Under the pieces are notes generated by a model, which was not told the DNA's origin, searched no databases, and saw nothing but the letters and a program-made list of their open reading frames with translations. Below, piece after piece: positions 43,101 to 57,088 of a stretch of DNA of 64,000 nt. Source of the DNA: the human T2T-CHM13v2.0 reference genome, Homo sapiens; the NCBI GenBank assembly GCA_009914755.4, contig CP068257.2, positions 40,768,001-40,832,000 on the forward strand, read 5' to 3'. The position numbers and the translations under genes were made by a program. Numbering within the stretch: the stretch's first letter is position 1; every line of letters begins with the position of its first letter.

Positions 43101-46100
43101 TGTGCTGGACATTTGCTGTGGACTTCTATTTCCAGCATCTATACATCCAGGGAATTATTTTCTGTACCCTTCCTAATGAGATTCATGCACATGGCAAAAC
43201 TATGAAAATTGTGACGTTTTATTTGAGTAGTCATTAAAAGCTACTTAAAAATTGTCAGAGGCTATATGGATAAGCCTCTGTGTGGATAAGACTAGCATTT
43301 TAAGTAAATTAAGAAAGAACATATTTTGAAGAGCTGAAATAAATGATTGCATATTGGTCATTTTTATCCAAACCCCCAAAAAAGAAAAGAAAAGATGGTT
43401 TAATAGTACCTGATAGAAGCTCTTGGTGAAATGATTAGAATTTGCAAGAAATAGTAGTAAAAATAATGGAAGTATTGTCTGAAATATTTATAAAAGGAGA
43501 TTTGGTGACTATGGCTGATTTCTTTAAGTATTATATTTCTTTTTGCTAATTATTCATACACTGAGATTTGTATAACAAGCCAGGGACAGTACCTATGTCC
43601 CTGGGCTCCCCCACTAAACATAATAGCCACTTGACATTCAAGGAGAGCAGATTCCAGCCAAAGCCCCACAGCTGTGCATACATGACATTCCATATCATCT
43701 TCTCTTGAGGCCATTTAACTTCTTACCCTAATGAATAAGAACTTAGGACCACAAAATGCAAATGTGGGATGAAAAATGCAGCCGTAGTCACACGTCTTTA
43801 TTTATTGATGTGTTGACTCCTAATCCACTTAAATCTATTTTAAGGCAGCTTAAGAGATGTCCAATAGCTTTGCACACTAACATCACCCCCTGTGCCTGGC
43901 TCTGTGCCATGCATTTCCCTTACTAACTGATTTACTTCTCCAATACCCCCTGGATAGGCACTTTTATTGATCCATTTTATAGTTGATGAAACTGAGACAC
44001 AAAGAGATCAACTCACTTGCCTGTGTTCACACAGCAAGTGAGCAGAGGAAGCCGGATTCCAGTCTTATACCTAATCCCACGCTTGGGCTTTCAACTATGA
44101 CCTCAACTGCCTATAGAAGAGATCATTAAAATTTAAAAATAAGTCCATAAATTAAATTATGACACATCCATACAATAAAATATTTGCAGCTTTAAAATAA
44201 TTAAAAGGGAGAATTTTATATATTGATTTGAAAAAATATGCAAGATTTATTGATAAATGAAAAAAATAAGTTGCAGAACGATGTGTATGGCATGATATAC
44301 TTGTGGGGGAAGGGGAGAGAAACACATAACTGTCTGTAAATACATGTGCACAATATGTATTTCTATACATGTGTATGCCTAAAGGTTCCCTGGAAGGGAG
44401 AGTGTCTAGAAACTTCTAACCATGGTTACCGGTGGGTGTTGGGAGTGGGAGCCAGGAGAATGGAACAGAAATGGGAGGGAGTCTTTTCAAACACAACCAT
44501 TTCATAATGTTTAAATGTATGAAGCATATAAATGCATTACTTACTCAAAACATAAATTAATCCATTTTAAATTTCAAGAAGAGAATGTAAGAAAGCTGGG
44601 TCAAAGGGAGAGTAAAGGTGGAAAAGCTAGACAAAGCCAGGGCTGAGGTTTGTCCATACCATGGCGTGCGCTGTGAGCTCCCAGCTCCGAGCTTTCCCAC
44701 ATCCAGTGAGAAAACAGACACACATTCAACCAACAGTCATGGCCATCCCAGATGCGTGCAGACCAGCGGTTCAGGAGAAACACAATTTGCTGACATAGAC
44801 ATGTCCGTGGGTCCAGGGGCCACATCAAAATCACAGGATGTGGGTGCCACAAGGGATTGTAGAGATAACCGAAGGCAGCTCCCCTGCTTGAGAGGTGAGA
44901 AGACTCGGGCCCAGGAGGCCAGGTGACGTTGTACAATCAAGGAAGCTCTTGCTTTCTTGCAAGCTCAGTTCACCACCTGATCCAATCAACAGTTTAAGGA
45001 ATAGAGAGGAGATGCTGGCTATGCCCTAACTAACCATCTCAATTTCAGGAGGGTTGGGGCTCCCCTGTGGCCCCGCATCATTTAGCATGTCCTTCGCTCT
45101 CTGCCCGGGATGGGAGAGTTTCACAGTCACAGAGGAACCACAAAGACTCTGCAGAAGATGAGTCAGCGGCTATGATACTTTTCACTTCACAATTAATACA
45201 TCAGACACCTGCCATCAACATAACCATTCCAGCTTTTATGCCTGACATTTCTGGGACTATTCTTTCCAGAGGAACTTTCTCTTGAGAATTAATCAGTATT
45301 AACAAAAATTGCAATGAAAGGAAAGAGAAATAAGCACTGGGCTAGGTGCTGTGGGTTGTCTGATTGGTCCTGCTTTGGAAGCACCCTCATTGTGGCTGGG
45401 GGAGCATCAAGACACCCTGACAAGCTGTGATCTGTGCTTATGGGCCAGTGAGGCAGATGACGGGAGCTGTTGGACTCCACTGTGCTGGCTAAATCTTTTC
45501 AAACTGCTGAAAATCCTTATTAAACATCTAAAGCTTTCAAAATCGGAAAATGATCCTTGAATGTCTCCACACATCACTGACATATTCATTAGTGGAAAAT
45601 GGGGTCAGACAGCAATGTCCAGAGGCCAGCTGACCCACGGACTGACAGATAGCTGTGCAGATGTTGAATAATTACTTCCTACGAGCCCTGGTCAGGACTC
45701 ACACTTGCACGATCCAAGCAGCAGAACCACTGGCATTAGAGTGCCTGGAAACAGACCTGCAGGCGCACCAGGAGGAATCCCCCTGCCCGCCACAGAGGGC
45801 ACCTTTCCAGGTAAGAGTCTGCAGCTCTGATGAATAGTACTTGTCAATTAACACACCAGTCACCCATCACCACTATAATGACCCCAGCCTCAGCCTCCGT
45901 GCCAGACGGTGCAGGGATTCTTTGGACTTATCTACCGCAAAATCACACTGTAATGTTTGTCCATTGCTTTGAAGATCAGAGATGGCCTGGAGAGACTGGT
46001 GATGGAGGACCGTATTCACAAACCACAGCAGCTTCCAATCCTCTGTCCAGGAGAGCAGAGGGGAGCACCCCTGTGGGACAAACAACAGGGGGGCTTGAGT

Positions 46101-46249
46101 GTGAGGGCTCGGGAGAATAAGTGCCATCCCCCAGTCAAGATGAGGACTTTCCCAACACTGAAGACAGACACAGCAGATTACTTCAAAAACCTCAGAGCAA
46201 GTTTACAGCAAATATCTCAGACATAAGAAAGGTACAATTAAGGGCTAAA

Positions 46250-46650
46250 TTGCATCCTGCCAACATTCATATGTGGAGGTCCTGACCCCTAACACCTCAG
46301 AATGTGAACTTATTTGGAGACAGGGTCTTTAAAGAGGTGACTAAGTTCAAATGAGGGCATTAGAGTGGGCCCTGATCCAATATGTCTGGTGTCCTTATAA
46401 GAAGAAATGAGGACACAGACACACACAGAGGGACAGCCTGTGAGGAAACGAGGAGAAGTACCTGTCTACAAGCCAAGGAGAGAGGCCTCAAGAGAGACCA
46501 GCCTCAACGGTGGCTTGACCTCAGACTCGCAGCCTCCAGGACTATGAGGGCATCTGTGGCTGTCGTTGAAGCCGCTCAGCTGTGGGACTTTGTTATGGCC
46601 GCCCCAGGAAATGAACACAGGGACGTAGTGATGCAACCCCCAGATGGCAG
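46250..46650 (+). mobile_element. MaLR-type LTR (MLT1-like) in UBASH3A intron 7.
   Basis: It contains gggccctgatccaatatgtctggtgtccttataagaagaaatgaggacacagacacacacagagggacagcctgtgaggaaacg...cagcctccaggactatgagg. Confidence 0.55.
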
Positions 46651-48221
46651 CTATGTCCTTTTAAGAACCAGGGAGAATTCAAACACATCTGTTTCATGGT
46701 GTAAGTTACCGTCAAGAGGCTCTCTTAAGTCAAAGAGAAAAATGGAAATGTGAAAATGCTAAGCTCTTTTCTTTCTCCTTCCGTCACCCATGTTCACAGC
46801 ATAATCTTGATTGTATTTCATTTGAAAGACTAGCAAAATGCACTCCGTTTCTCTCTGTAAACCTCACAGATGTCATCAGTTGATAGCAAAGCCCTACTGT
46901 CTGCAGAGCGAGCCGCAGGGAGGCTGTGGGTGCCCTCGCCTTGCCCTCAGGAAGGGGAAACCAACCAATATTTCCTGTGCTAATGTGGGGCTATGAATTG
47001 TGCCTCACTGCTCTGAGCATGTTAATTTGAAGAGGAAACTGTCGATTGTTCCAATGAGACTATCTATATTCTTGGTCTACTTAGGATCAACTCAAGTGTG
47101 CATTTCCTATCTAATGGCATCTGACAGCTTGAGAAGATGCAAAGTAAATTGGCCTGGACCTGCCATAGTTTATAGATGGAGACAGGGCAGGTAATAGTGT
47201 GAGAAGATCATGTGTAACGCAGATGCTGAGATGCAGAAGAAAAGATGCCCTTCCTGGCTCTGGACGGGTCTCGGTGGAGGAGTGGGAGCTACTGCTGGTT
47301 TTATGAGAATGTGGGGACTTGAGACCTCTATGGGAGAAATGCAAACATTTGCAAATGGGCTGGATAAATAGAAACATGCCCTGTGCATGGCTGAGAACAG
47401 TAAACTGTGGTGGTGTGTCAGTTCCTCCCAGAGTGGATCAAAGGGGATGGTGTATTAGTCAGGGTTCCCCACAGACAGAGACAGAGACAAAGACAGAGAG
47501 ACAGAGAGTGACCGAGAGAGAAAGAGAGAGAGAGATCTAGTTGAAGGAATTGGTTCAAGACTGTGAGCCTGGCAAGTGCACAATTTGCAGGGCAGGCTGG
47601 CAGATGGGAGACCCTGGGAAGAGTTGAGGTTACAGCTCAAGTCCAAAGGTGGTCTGGAGGCAGGATTTCCCCTTCCTCATGGGACCCCAGTTCGTTTCCT
47701 CTTAAGGCCTTCAACTGGTTGGATGAGACCCACTCACAGTGATGTGTCGAGACATTCAAGGACCATTTTCTGATTTAAAAAGCTTTAAATGTTTTTAATA
47801 AGGACTTTCAGCTATTTAAAAAGATTGAGCCAGCACCATGGAGTCCAACAGCCCCATCATCTGAAGGGTGGTCTCTGCTTTACTCAGCCTAGTGACTTAA
47901 ATGTTAATCTCATTCTAAAAAAATACCTTCACAGTGACATCTAAAATAACATTTGACCCAATACCTGGGTACTGTGGCCTAGCCACGTTGACATGTAAAA
48001 TTACCCATCATAGACGGTGATCATTGTAATAAAACAAACACATCATCCACACTTCCTGAGTCCTGAGCACTTTGCACACGCTACTTCATTTTGTGCTCTT
48101 GGGAACCTTTCTGCTGAGGTTGTCCCGGACATTCTCAAGTACATGCATGACCAGATGCTGGGTCTCCATGGCAACAACATGGTCTCACTTCTGTTCAAGC
48201 CGTGCTTTCCTTCCCCTGCAG

Positions 48222-48345
48222 GATGTACACCTTCAGTCTAGCCACAGACCTGAACTCCAGAAAGGATGGTGAAGCCAGCAGCAGATGCAGCGGGGAATTT
48301 CTTCCACAAACGGCAAGGAGTCTTAGCAGCTTACAGGCCTTGCAG
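48222..48345 (+). CDS. UBASH3A: UBASH3A exon 8: (R)MYTFSLATDLNSRKDGEASSRCSGEFLPQTARSLSSLQALQ.
   Basis: The acceptor cccctgcag ends at 48221 and the donor gtaata is at 48346. The preceding intron 7 is 8.1 kb and rich in MaLR LTRs. Confidence 0.88.
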
Positions 48346-49429
48346 GTAATAGAACATTCCCTTTTTTCTTTTAAGTAAACTAAGCAAAACTACACTTTGT
48401 ATTAACTTCACGGTGGACACAGCTTCGTAGGTGTAGCTTTTGTTCCATAGACACATCCTCCCTGCCCTAGAGCGTGGTCAGCAAGGGGGCCTCCCAGGTC
48501 TGAGGGTGCCGGGGGTCCTGCCCTGGTCTGTCTGCTCTGGGCAGACAGGGAGCCACCCCTTCATGGCAGAGTGCCCCACCTTGAGCTCCTCAAGGCAGCT
48601 GAATCCCGAGTTCTCATCCCATTCCCTCATTCATGAGCCAAGAGGTCCCCAAGACGTCACCTGCCCCGGTGCCTTGGCCCCTCATCTTTTGAGGCAAAAC
48701 TCTCCATAACCTGGGGGTCAGCAGACTCAGGCCAGGGTCCAGGGCACAGCAGGGCACCCCGAGCTGGCCACCCTCATGGGGCACATCCAGGAGTGCAGGC
48801 TGCCAGGCAGGGACACCAAGGAGCAGGCAGCCCCTCCCTGAACGCAAACAAGTGACATCACATCCCTGATCCCTGTCCTGTGATCTGAAGCTTCACACTC
48901 CTTACAGAGGAGCCCTCAGGAAGGGGCTGTACCTGCTGCTGGCCTTTGTCTGGTTGCCACAGTAGTGAAAATGCCTCTCTGTCCTTGTTCTTCCCAAATT
49001 CGTCCGCCTGTGCCCTGCCATGTGCCGCACACGTTACTTTAGGATCTCTCATCCTTGCTATCCCCAATCGACACAGGAGGCGCTATTCCTGCCCCCTACC
49101 CATTTTACAGATCTGAAAACTGGGGCTCATGGAGGCTAGGAAGCTTGTCGGAGAGCACACAGACTCCTAACCACCCTCCCATCAGATTGTTGGAAGGATT
49201 ATGTGAGATGGGCCATCCAGTGCCCACCACGGCCAGGCCCCTGGTGCGGAGAAACTATTGTGCCCAGAGGGTGGGGTCACAGTAGCCAGGCTTATTCCCT
49301 AGTCCCCAGGGCCCATCCTGGTGCCTGGTCCATAAATCTCCAGAACAACCAAAGGAAGGCTCTGCCGGGACTTGTCAGTGGCTCACCCTAAGGTCAACGC
49401 TCACCCTCTGTTACGGATTGAATTGTGTG

Positions 49430-49880
49430 CCTCCAAAATTCCTATCTCGAAGTCCTAACCCCCAGTCTCACTGAATGTGATTGTATTTGTAGACAAGGCC
49501 TTTAAAGAGGTATTTAAGGTTAAATGAGGCAACACAGGTGATGCAATCTGATCCAATCTGACTGCTGCCCTTATAAGAAGAGGGGATGAGGAAACAGACA
49601 CACAAGAGGGATGGCCCTGTGAGGACACAGGGAGGGGACACCACCGGCAAGCCCCAGAGAGAGGCCTCAAAAGGAACCAGCCCTGGCAACACCATCATCT
49701 CTGACCTCCAGCCTCCAGGACTGTGGGAGAGTAAACTTCTGCTGTGGAAGCTAAACAGTCAACCCACACGCAGCGTCCCTGTCGCCATTTGCACCTCCTG
49801 GCAGCTGGTGCAAATCAGCCCAAAGCTAAGTGGCCTTGGCAGGTCTTTGCAGCCTTGGTGGCTAGGTGAGGAGGCCTTTT
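49430..49880 (+). mobile_element. MaLR-type LTR (MLT1-like).
   Basis: It is of the same family as the copy at 46250 (ctgcccttataagaagaggggatgaggaaacagacacacaagagggatggccctgtgaggacacagg...cagcctccaggactgtgggagagtaaacttctgctgtggaagctaaacagtc). Confidence 0.55.
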
Positions 49881-50399
49881 CTTGAGAAATCAAGAATGTG
49901 TCTCTGAAGCTGGGTCCATGAGAAATGGCGATCAGCATTCACCATGTGAGAAAGGCCCAGACTTGGGAGAGCCGAGACTCCCCAGGGCTGTGGCCTGGGG
50001 ATTATTTAAAAAGCTTTAAATGTTTTTAATAAGGACTTTCAGCTATTTAAAAAGATTGAGCTAGTACCATGGATTCCAACAACCCTATCATCTGGAGTAA
50101 AACAGAGACCATTCTGTTTTACTCAGCCTAGTGACTTAAATGTTAATCTCATTTTTAAAAAATACCTTCACAGTGACATCTAAAATAACATTTGACCCAA
50201 TACCTGGGTACTGTGGAGAAGTACCCAGGTATTGGGTAGGGGGAGAGCCTGGAATGGAAGTCTCTGCTCGTAGCTCAGCCTGTGTCTAAACCGTGCTTTC
50301 AATGGCTGAAAACAGAACATGCATCTGCCTGTGAACTGGCCCCCCTCACACGGTCTTCTCTATAGGGATTTCACCCCTTCCCTACAGTAAGAAAAGACA

Positions 50400-50850
50400 A
50401 CTGGCCACAGGTCTGGTAGAATCATGGCCCCAGAGATGATGCCCTAATCCCGGGAACTTGTGCATGTGACCTTATTAGGAAAGAGAGTTTCTGCAGATGG
50501 GATTGAGTGGAGGGTCTTGAAATGAGGAAATGATCCTGGGTCATCCAGGAGGGCCCTAAACCCCATCACAAGTGTGCTGATGAGAGAAAAGCAGAGGGGA
50601 TCTGATACAGCAGCAGAGGAGGCCATGCAGCCAGAGAGGCAGAGACTGGAGCAATGTGGCCACAAGCCAAGGAACACCTGGGGCCACCAGGAGCTGGAAG
50701 AAGCAAAGAATAAATTCTCCCCTAGAATGTCAGAGGGAGCATGGCCCTGCCAACACCTTGACTTTGGACTTCCAGCCTCCAGAGCTGTGAGAGAATAAAT
50801 GTCTCTTGCTTGGCACCGCCCAGCCTGTTATGGCAGCCCCAGGACACCAA
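50400..50850 (+). mobile_element. MaLR-type LTR (MLT1-like).
   Basis: It contains gccctaatcccgggaacttgtgcatgtgaccttattagg...ttccagcctccagagctgtgagagaataaatgtctcttgcttggcaccgcccagcctgttatggcagcc. Confidence 0.55.
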
Positions 50851-53627
50851 TGCAGCACCTTCTGTCTAGAGAATTGGTGCAGCCCTGCCTCATTCCATAG
50901 ATCCCAGGGGTCAGTCCATTCCACTCCCCACAGGGCTTTCTTTTGCTTTATCATCATATTCCTGTGGCAAAGCTCCACAGAAGAACATTTAAAATGCTCT
51001 GAGCTCTTCCAGGAAGAAAATACCCCAAATCCAAAACTTCAGCCCGCAAGTTGAAAACTTCAGGGACTTTGTTACTAGGCAGAATGAGTTTCCAAGAGCA
51101 TGCATGCTTTGCAATCTACTTGCAGATCAGCTCTCTACAGCTCTCTAGGATGTTTTAATATTCATTCTGGGATAGGGGCGGTGGGTGCTGCCTCTTGGTG
51201 TCAGTGTAGGCAACCTCTGCATAACCACACTTCACATGCAAGAGAGCAAGACAGCAAGACAAACCTTCCCCTGAAGCTGTTCCCCAGGAGATGCATGTTT
51301 CTATCCTGAAACAAACAACTGAAGTTTTCCAATAAGGGAAAGCAATACTATTCACTTGGCCTTACCGTATATCCGTTTTGAAGACTCAGCCCAGTGACCC
51401 TAAGAAAGTGTTTGCATGGTGACTGCAAACGTTCTCACTGGCTCACCAATCCCATAGTTTATGCACCTACCAAATGTAGCCAGGGCCACCGAGAACTGTC
51501 TGGTCCTGATAAATTTCAGCAGCTGGAAATTCTGCATCGTCCGGGCCAGCGTGGACTTCACAAGGGATCCACAGGATCTGGCAGGAGCTGCCCGTGGTGC
51601 TGACCCCGAGAATGCTTTCAAGGCAGGTGAAATTGGCCCCCACCCTACTTTCTGGTGTCCCTTCCTTCCCAGTAGTTTCCAATCACTTCCCTAGGTACAG
51701 GGACACCACGGGGGACCACTCTTGCCAGAGCGAGTGGCCAGTTAGTGCAGACCCTTGAGACTGGATCACTGTTCACAGAAGAAAGTCCAGACAGGAATGA
51801 TCAGCTGCACTGGCCAGGTGGAAAATGAGTCCCTTCCTCCCTGAGGGTGTTTGGATGTTAAAGCCATTTGCATTTTCCTCTCTAGGATTTGGAGGGAATC
51901 AGGGCGATGCTGGGGCTGGTGTATGAGGGTTTATGCAGACAAGGCTTACCTCTCCTCACCTCTCTTCCTTACCCTGCTCAGTAGGAAAACACACACAAGA
52001 GCTGCCCTCTCATTTTAGCCCAGAGAGAGCTGTGTGGCCAAGAGGGAGCAGGGCAGGGATAGTGCCTGTCTGAGCTGCCTCCTGCCCAGGGGTCCTCCCT
52101 ACCCCGTCCATCCCTGGTCGCCTGGGCTCCAGGCAGGATTTGGTCCCCAGAAGGCCCCACAGCCCACCTCCCGTGGCAGGCCGTGTTCGCTCTGCCCCCA
52201 CCATCTCTGTTAATGACTCATCTTTCCATGTTCATCCCTTGGCCCAGGGAGACCTGCAGCTCCCTAAAGCAGGGATGCTGTGGACTGCAGCTTCATGGAC
52301 CAGCATGTGACATGCTCCCCCCTGCGGTGCCATGTCACAGGGAGGTTGAGGCATGAGTCCTGGGTGCCAGAGGGCAGCACCACTGGGCCTGTGTTGCTGC
52401 AGGGTTCCCCACCTCTTGCTCTGAAATGGACCCCCCTGGATAGCCTGGGCCTGGCTCTGGGGCTGGGAATGTAGGTGAAGGGCCGATGTCAGCTGGCACA
52501 TTAGTGCCCTCCAGGGAAGCAGCCGAGCCTGGTGTCTCCCTCCAGGGTCCTGGTGCAGGGCTTATGCTCCACGCAGCTGTCCTGGTGGCCTCTAGCTGGC
52601 TCGGCCCCTAGCACTCTGCTCTCTGGTCCCAGGGGGGGCATCCTCAGCTCTCATTCACTCTCTTCATCTCATTTGCTGTGGGTTCCTCTCAAGGCCAGTC
52701 CCTCAACTTGATCAGCCCTGCACAGCATGGGGAGAAGGGTGGCCTAGCCCCTGAGGACAGAGCCCCCCACAACACCATCCCACACAGTGGAGGCCCCTCC
52801 CAAAGGGTAGCCAGCCTCGCTGCCCCAAGCATGACCTTTGGGCTACTTCCCCAAAGCACAGGCTCCCCAGAAAGAGGGCGGGCGTGAGCCCTGTAACTGC
52901 AAGGCTCCAAGGCCATCCTGCGGCTGCCTGAGGCTGGGGAGGAAGGTGCCAGAGAGCTGCTGTCCCTGGCTCGAAGCTGCTGGCCACCGCCAAGGCCAGT
53001 CTCATGCCGAGAAGAAGTAAATAAACTATAAAGTACTGTTTTCCTTTAGCATTCAGCCAAACAGAGAATGACCAGCTATGGGAAAACAGCAAGGGGATGG
53101 ATGAGGGCTTCTCCCCTTGGTGCTCAGAAGCAGAATTCATACCTGGGAGCCATAAAAGGACGGCCCCTCAACAGGTCAACACCAGGGCAGTCCTGGAGGG
53201 TTTCTCAGAAGAAGTGTGCCAGCAAGAGAGGAGACTAGATATTAAGATAGGTAATCTATACTATAACAATACATATTATAATATAGATAGGGATAATGTC
53301 CTAAGACGTCTCTATGGGAATGATAAGGACTTAGAAAAGACAGAAAAGTAGAAAAACGGATGTGTCATGATAGGGGCCAATCCTGTCTCTTTTCATTTTC
53401 TTGATGTTAGAATGCCCAGAAAATAAAACATTGGAAGAAATTGAAGAGATTGCCAATTTCATGTCCTCTTTCATTCTAATGATTTGGGCAAAATGGGCTG
53501 AGCTATTGACTAACGAAGGAAAAGATTCCCTCGCAGTTGCTGGGTGACTGGGAGAGCTGCCATTGGTGCAAGTCCAGTGAGTTGGATGTTAAACTGCATG
53601 TGCCTTGCTTCCTGCCCCACCCCCCAG

Positions 53628-53727
53628 GCTACCGTTGCAAGGAAGAGCGTGCTGGTGGTTCGCCACGGGGAGAGAGTGGATCAGATCTTCGGGAAGGCAT
53701 GGCTGCAGCAATGCTCCACTCCTGATG
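53628..53727 (+). CDS. UBASH3A: UBASH3A exon 9 (start of histidine-phosphatase/PGM domain): ATVARKSVLVVRHGERVDQIFGKAWLQQCSTPD(G).
   Basis: The acceptor ccccccag ends at 53627 and the donor gtaggt is at 53728. The RHGER motif contains the catalytic histidine of the PGM family. Confidence 0.92.
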
Positions 53728-56361
53728 GTAGGTCACACTCAGGCGGGTCTACGGACAGAAACACTGTAGATCTAACCAATGAGATCTCCTTCTTAATGAC
53801 CTTACATGGCACCAGATCCCCTGAGGCACCATTCTGTAGAATGACCATGTGTAGACTGTATGTGTGGAAAACGTGCCTGCTACATCTTCCTCCAGGGGTG
53901 TTCCATGTATGCATTTGAGTGTCTGTGTTGGAACCTCTCCAACCTAATCTTAACTGATGTAATTTTTGGCTATGCTGCTTAACAGATGGACGTATTCTTG
54001 AACATGCCTCTTGCACACCCCAGCTTTTCTCCTCTGAATGCCAGGAAGTAAGAATAGTGCTTATAAATACACATACCCACAAGCCAACCTCTGTATTGAT
54101 GATCAATGTCCACATCAATGCTAATCTCCTAATAGGAAGCCTGTAGTGTCACAATTTCTAAGCCATGACCCATTACATAAATTAAGGCATTGAATGTAGT
54201 GACAAAATCAATTCACAGTTGCTAGGTTAGCCGAACCCTTTTGGGATCCCCCTCCAGAAGCCCAGCAGACCCAAGAAAGTGGTAAATGAGTAGGGAAAAC
54301 CATTGGCAGATGACAATCACACACCAGAAAAGATTCTGAGCAGATAACATCATGATCAAGCATATTTCCAAGAACTCACAGAGCTAATAATATGGTCACC
54401 TCTATAAAACAAGATCAAGTAAAGATACAAGAGCTTAAAGCAACAATAAGACAATAGGTGGCTATCAGGATGCATTAACAAACATATAAGAAACTTTTTT
54501 TCAATAAAACAGTTTTTTTAGCTATTGAATTACTGAAGCTATAGATTGAACTGACACACCTTGTCCATGGTGGGGAGAACCAATACAAAACAATCAACAC
54601 CAAAAATAGTTATTGAACTTCATAGAAAAAGAAAAAATATTTGGTCATCTGGACAAAAGATCAAGTCACTTATAAGGGAAAATATTTTAAAGGCACTGGA
54701 AATCCCCATCTGAAAGGAAACTCCTGGTGGATCTTTTCCCAAGGTAGAGAGGCCCTTGATAAAGTGAAGAATTACATCTAGTTTGTCTGAATTTTGTATA
54801 TTGCAGGGTTTAATAAATCACAAGGAGGTATAGCCACGTCCTCCCCCAAGGTGACCAACCTCAGGGAACACAAGGGAGATTTGGGGGGCTCTACTGGCCT
54901 CTCCCCAGCTCAGCTCACTTTTGGCCCAGGCACCCACATCCTCACAGGGCCCCTCACCTCACCCCATATTCCACACAGACTCTGCTCCCATCAGGACCTG
55001 ACCTTGCCCCACATCCTTGTCCTCTCCTGAGCTCTGCCCTCTGCCCCCAGAGTGATCACAGCTGAAGTGTCAATGACAGCAAAATACCTAAATGGAGTGT
55101 CTTGACATTTTAGAGGGGGATCACAGATGCCTTTGAGAACACAATGAAATTGATGGACTTTCTCTCTGATTTTAAAACTGCCTTTCCCAAGAGCTAATGT
55201 TGGCATTGAATAAACACCTCTAAAATGCAGTGTTCAAACAAGAGTCTCTGCCCATGGAAATCCCAGGGAGGGAGTCTTCAGAAAACTCCTATATGGAAAC
55301 TAAAATGCAGGCATGAAAAATTGCCCCCCGCTGACCCCTGCTGCCCCCCACTGCCCCCTGACTCTGGGTTTGTGCAAGGCTGTGGGCCAGGATGAAGGGG
55401 CCTGGCATATTCTGGGGTGCAAAGGGCAGGGCCTGCTATGTATGGCAGAGCAGGTCTCAGGAAGGTCAGTGTGGCTGCTGGAACCTCCTAATAACCAGGA
55501 GGCTTGGGGTCCCTTTGGAGAATGTGAAGGCAAACCAGAGTGCACTGGAGGGAGCAGTGTGTCGTGGTGTCCTGTGTGAGGATAATCAGTCATCCTGACG
55601 TGGTGACATGAGACCAGTGCCCCGACTCGTTGACCACTCCCTCTTGAGTCAGACTCTGGGCTATGGGTGTTACCTCACTGACACCTCGCAATCGCTACTC
55701 TTTCCCTGTTTTTTACTGATAAGAGAGATGAAGTCATTTATTTCTGGCTGCACAGTGAGGAGATGGTGATGCCAGGATTTGCTACCAGACTGTCAGATCT
55801 TAGAACTCAAGGTCAAACTCCACGTGAACCCTGGCACCGGGCAGCCTCTGGTGGGAGACAGTCCCAGTGAGCCCACCTGACTTCCAGCCTGGCTTCAAGC
55901 AATTGACTAAAGAATGCACAACACAGGCATCTCCAGCTCAAGCACTCTGTCCCCTGAGCAAGAAGGATACGTTTAAAGCTAGGGGGATGGATCATTGATG
56001 CCAACTTCAGATTCTTACCGAGTTACACTAAACTAGTCATAGAGACACTTTATCAGGTTCTTCATCAGGAAAATGTAAGAGTGAATCTTCATGGGGCATT
56101 TTGGGAGGACAAAGAGGGTTGCATAGTTCCTGGGGCTGAAACCTAAGTTGTCTGCATTTGAGAAAATGTTGTGTGCACAGCTGAGCAGCACTTTCTTCTC
56201 AAATTGAAGCCACGTTGCAGAGAATGTTCAGAAACAACACAGTTGACAATAATTTCAATAATAACATTGCTGTTAGAGTGGGTCTTGGTCTTGGGAGTTT
56301 TGTGGAACAAATCTGTACTAACTTGATGAAACTGAACGTCTGATGCTTATTTATACTTCAG

Positions 56362-56484
56362 GGAAATACTACAGGCCAGACCTGAATTTCCCCTGCAGTC
56401 TGCCAAGACGGAGTCGTGGGATCAAAGACTTTGAAAACGATCCCCCATTATCATCGTGTGGCATTTTCCAGTCCAGAATTGCAG
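56362..56484 (+). CDS. UBASH3A: UBASH3A exon 10: (G)KYYRPDLNFPCSLPRRSRGIKDFENDPPLSSCGIFQSRIA(G).
   Basis: The acceptor tacttcag ends at 56361 and the donor gtatgt is at 56485. Confidence 0.9.
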
Positions 56485-57088
56485 GTATGTTTGAGGACTG
56501 TCTAGTAGGAAAGGTAACAATAACAGCAACACTGATTATGGCTAGCAGGCATCCAGCCTGAGCCCTAGCTACACACCCTTTGATACAGTGTTAGCTTTGT
56601 CTCCAGTCTGCTGAGGAGGCTGGGGCACAGAGAGGTTAAGCAACTTGCCCAAGGTCACACAGCAAGAAAGTGGCAATGTAGAGGTTTGATCTAGGAATGG
56701 ATGATTCAGGAAGTTGGCAGGAATGAAAGAAAGGCATGGAAAGAACAAGAGAGGGGAGGAAAAATCAACAACCAAGGAGCTCCAAGGAGCTCACTTTTCA
56801 AATGGAAAACCACATCCTCTCATTCGTTGGTTTTATTTCAAAATCTGTCACTTTGGGCTTTTGTTTCATGTCTGGCGGTTCTGCTTCTACGTGACTGAGT
56901 TTATGTAAACAGAAGAGACCATTGAGTTCATCGAGTCTTCATTTCCTAAATTCAGAAAATGGAATCCAGAGAAGCAAGTTACACCAATGGTTAACTGCAG
57001 AGACCCCCACGGCCCACTCGCCCAGGGCCCCACTCAGAGGTGTGCTCAGAAATGTTTACCCACCTGCTCCAGGCAGGGTGGGAAGTCC

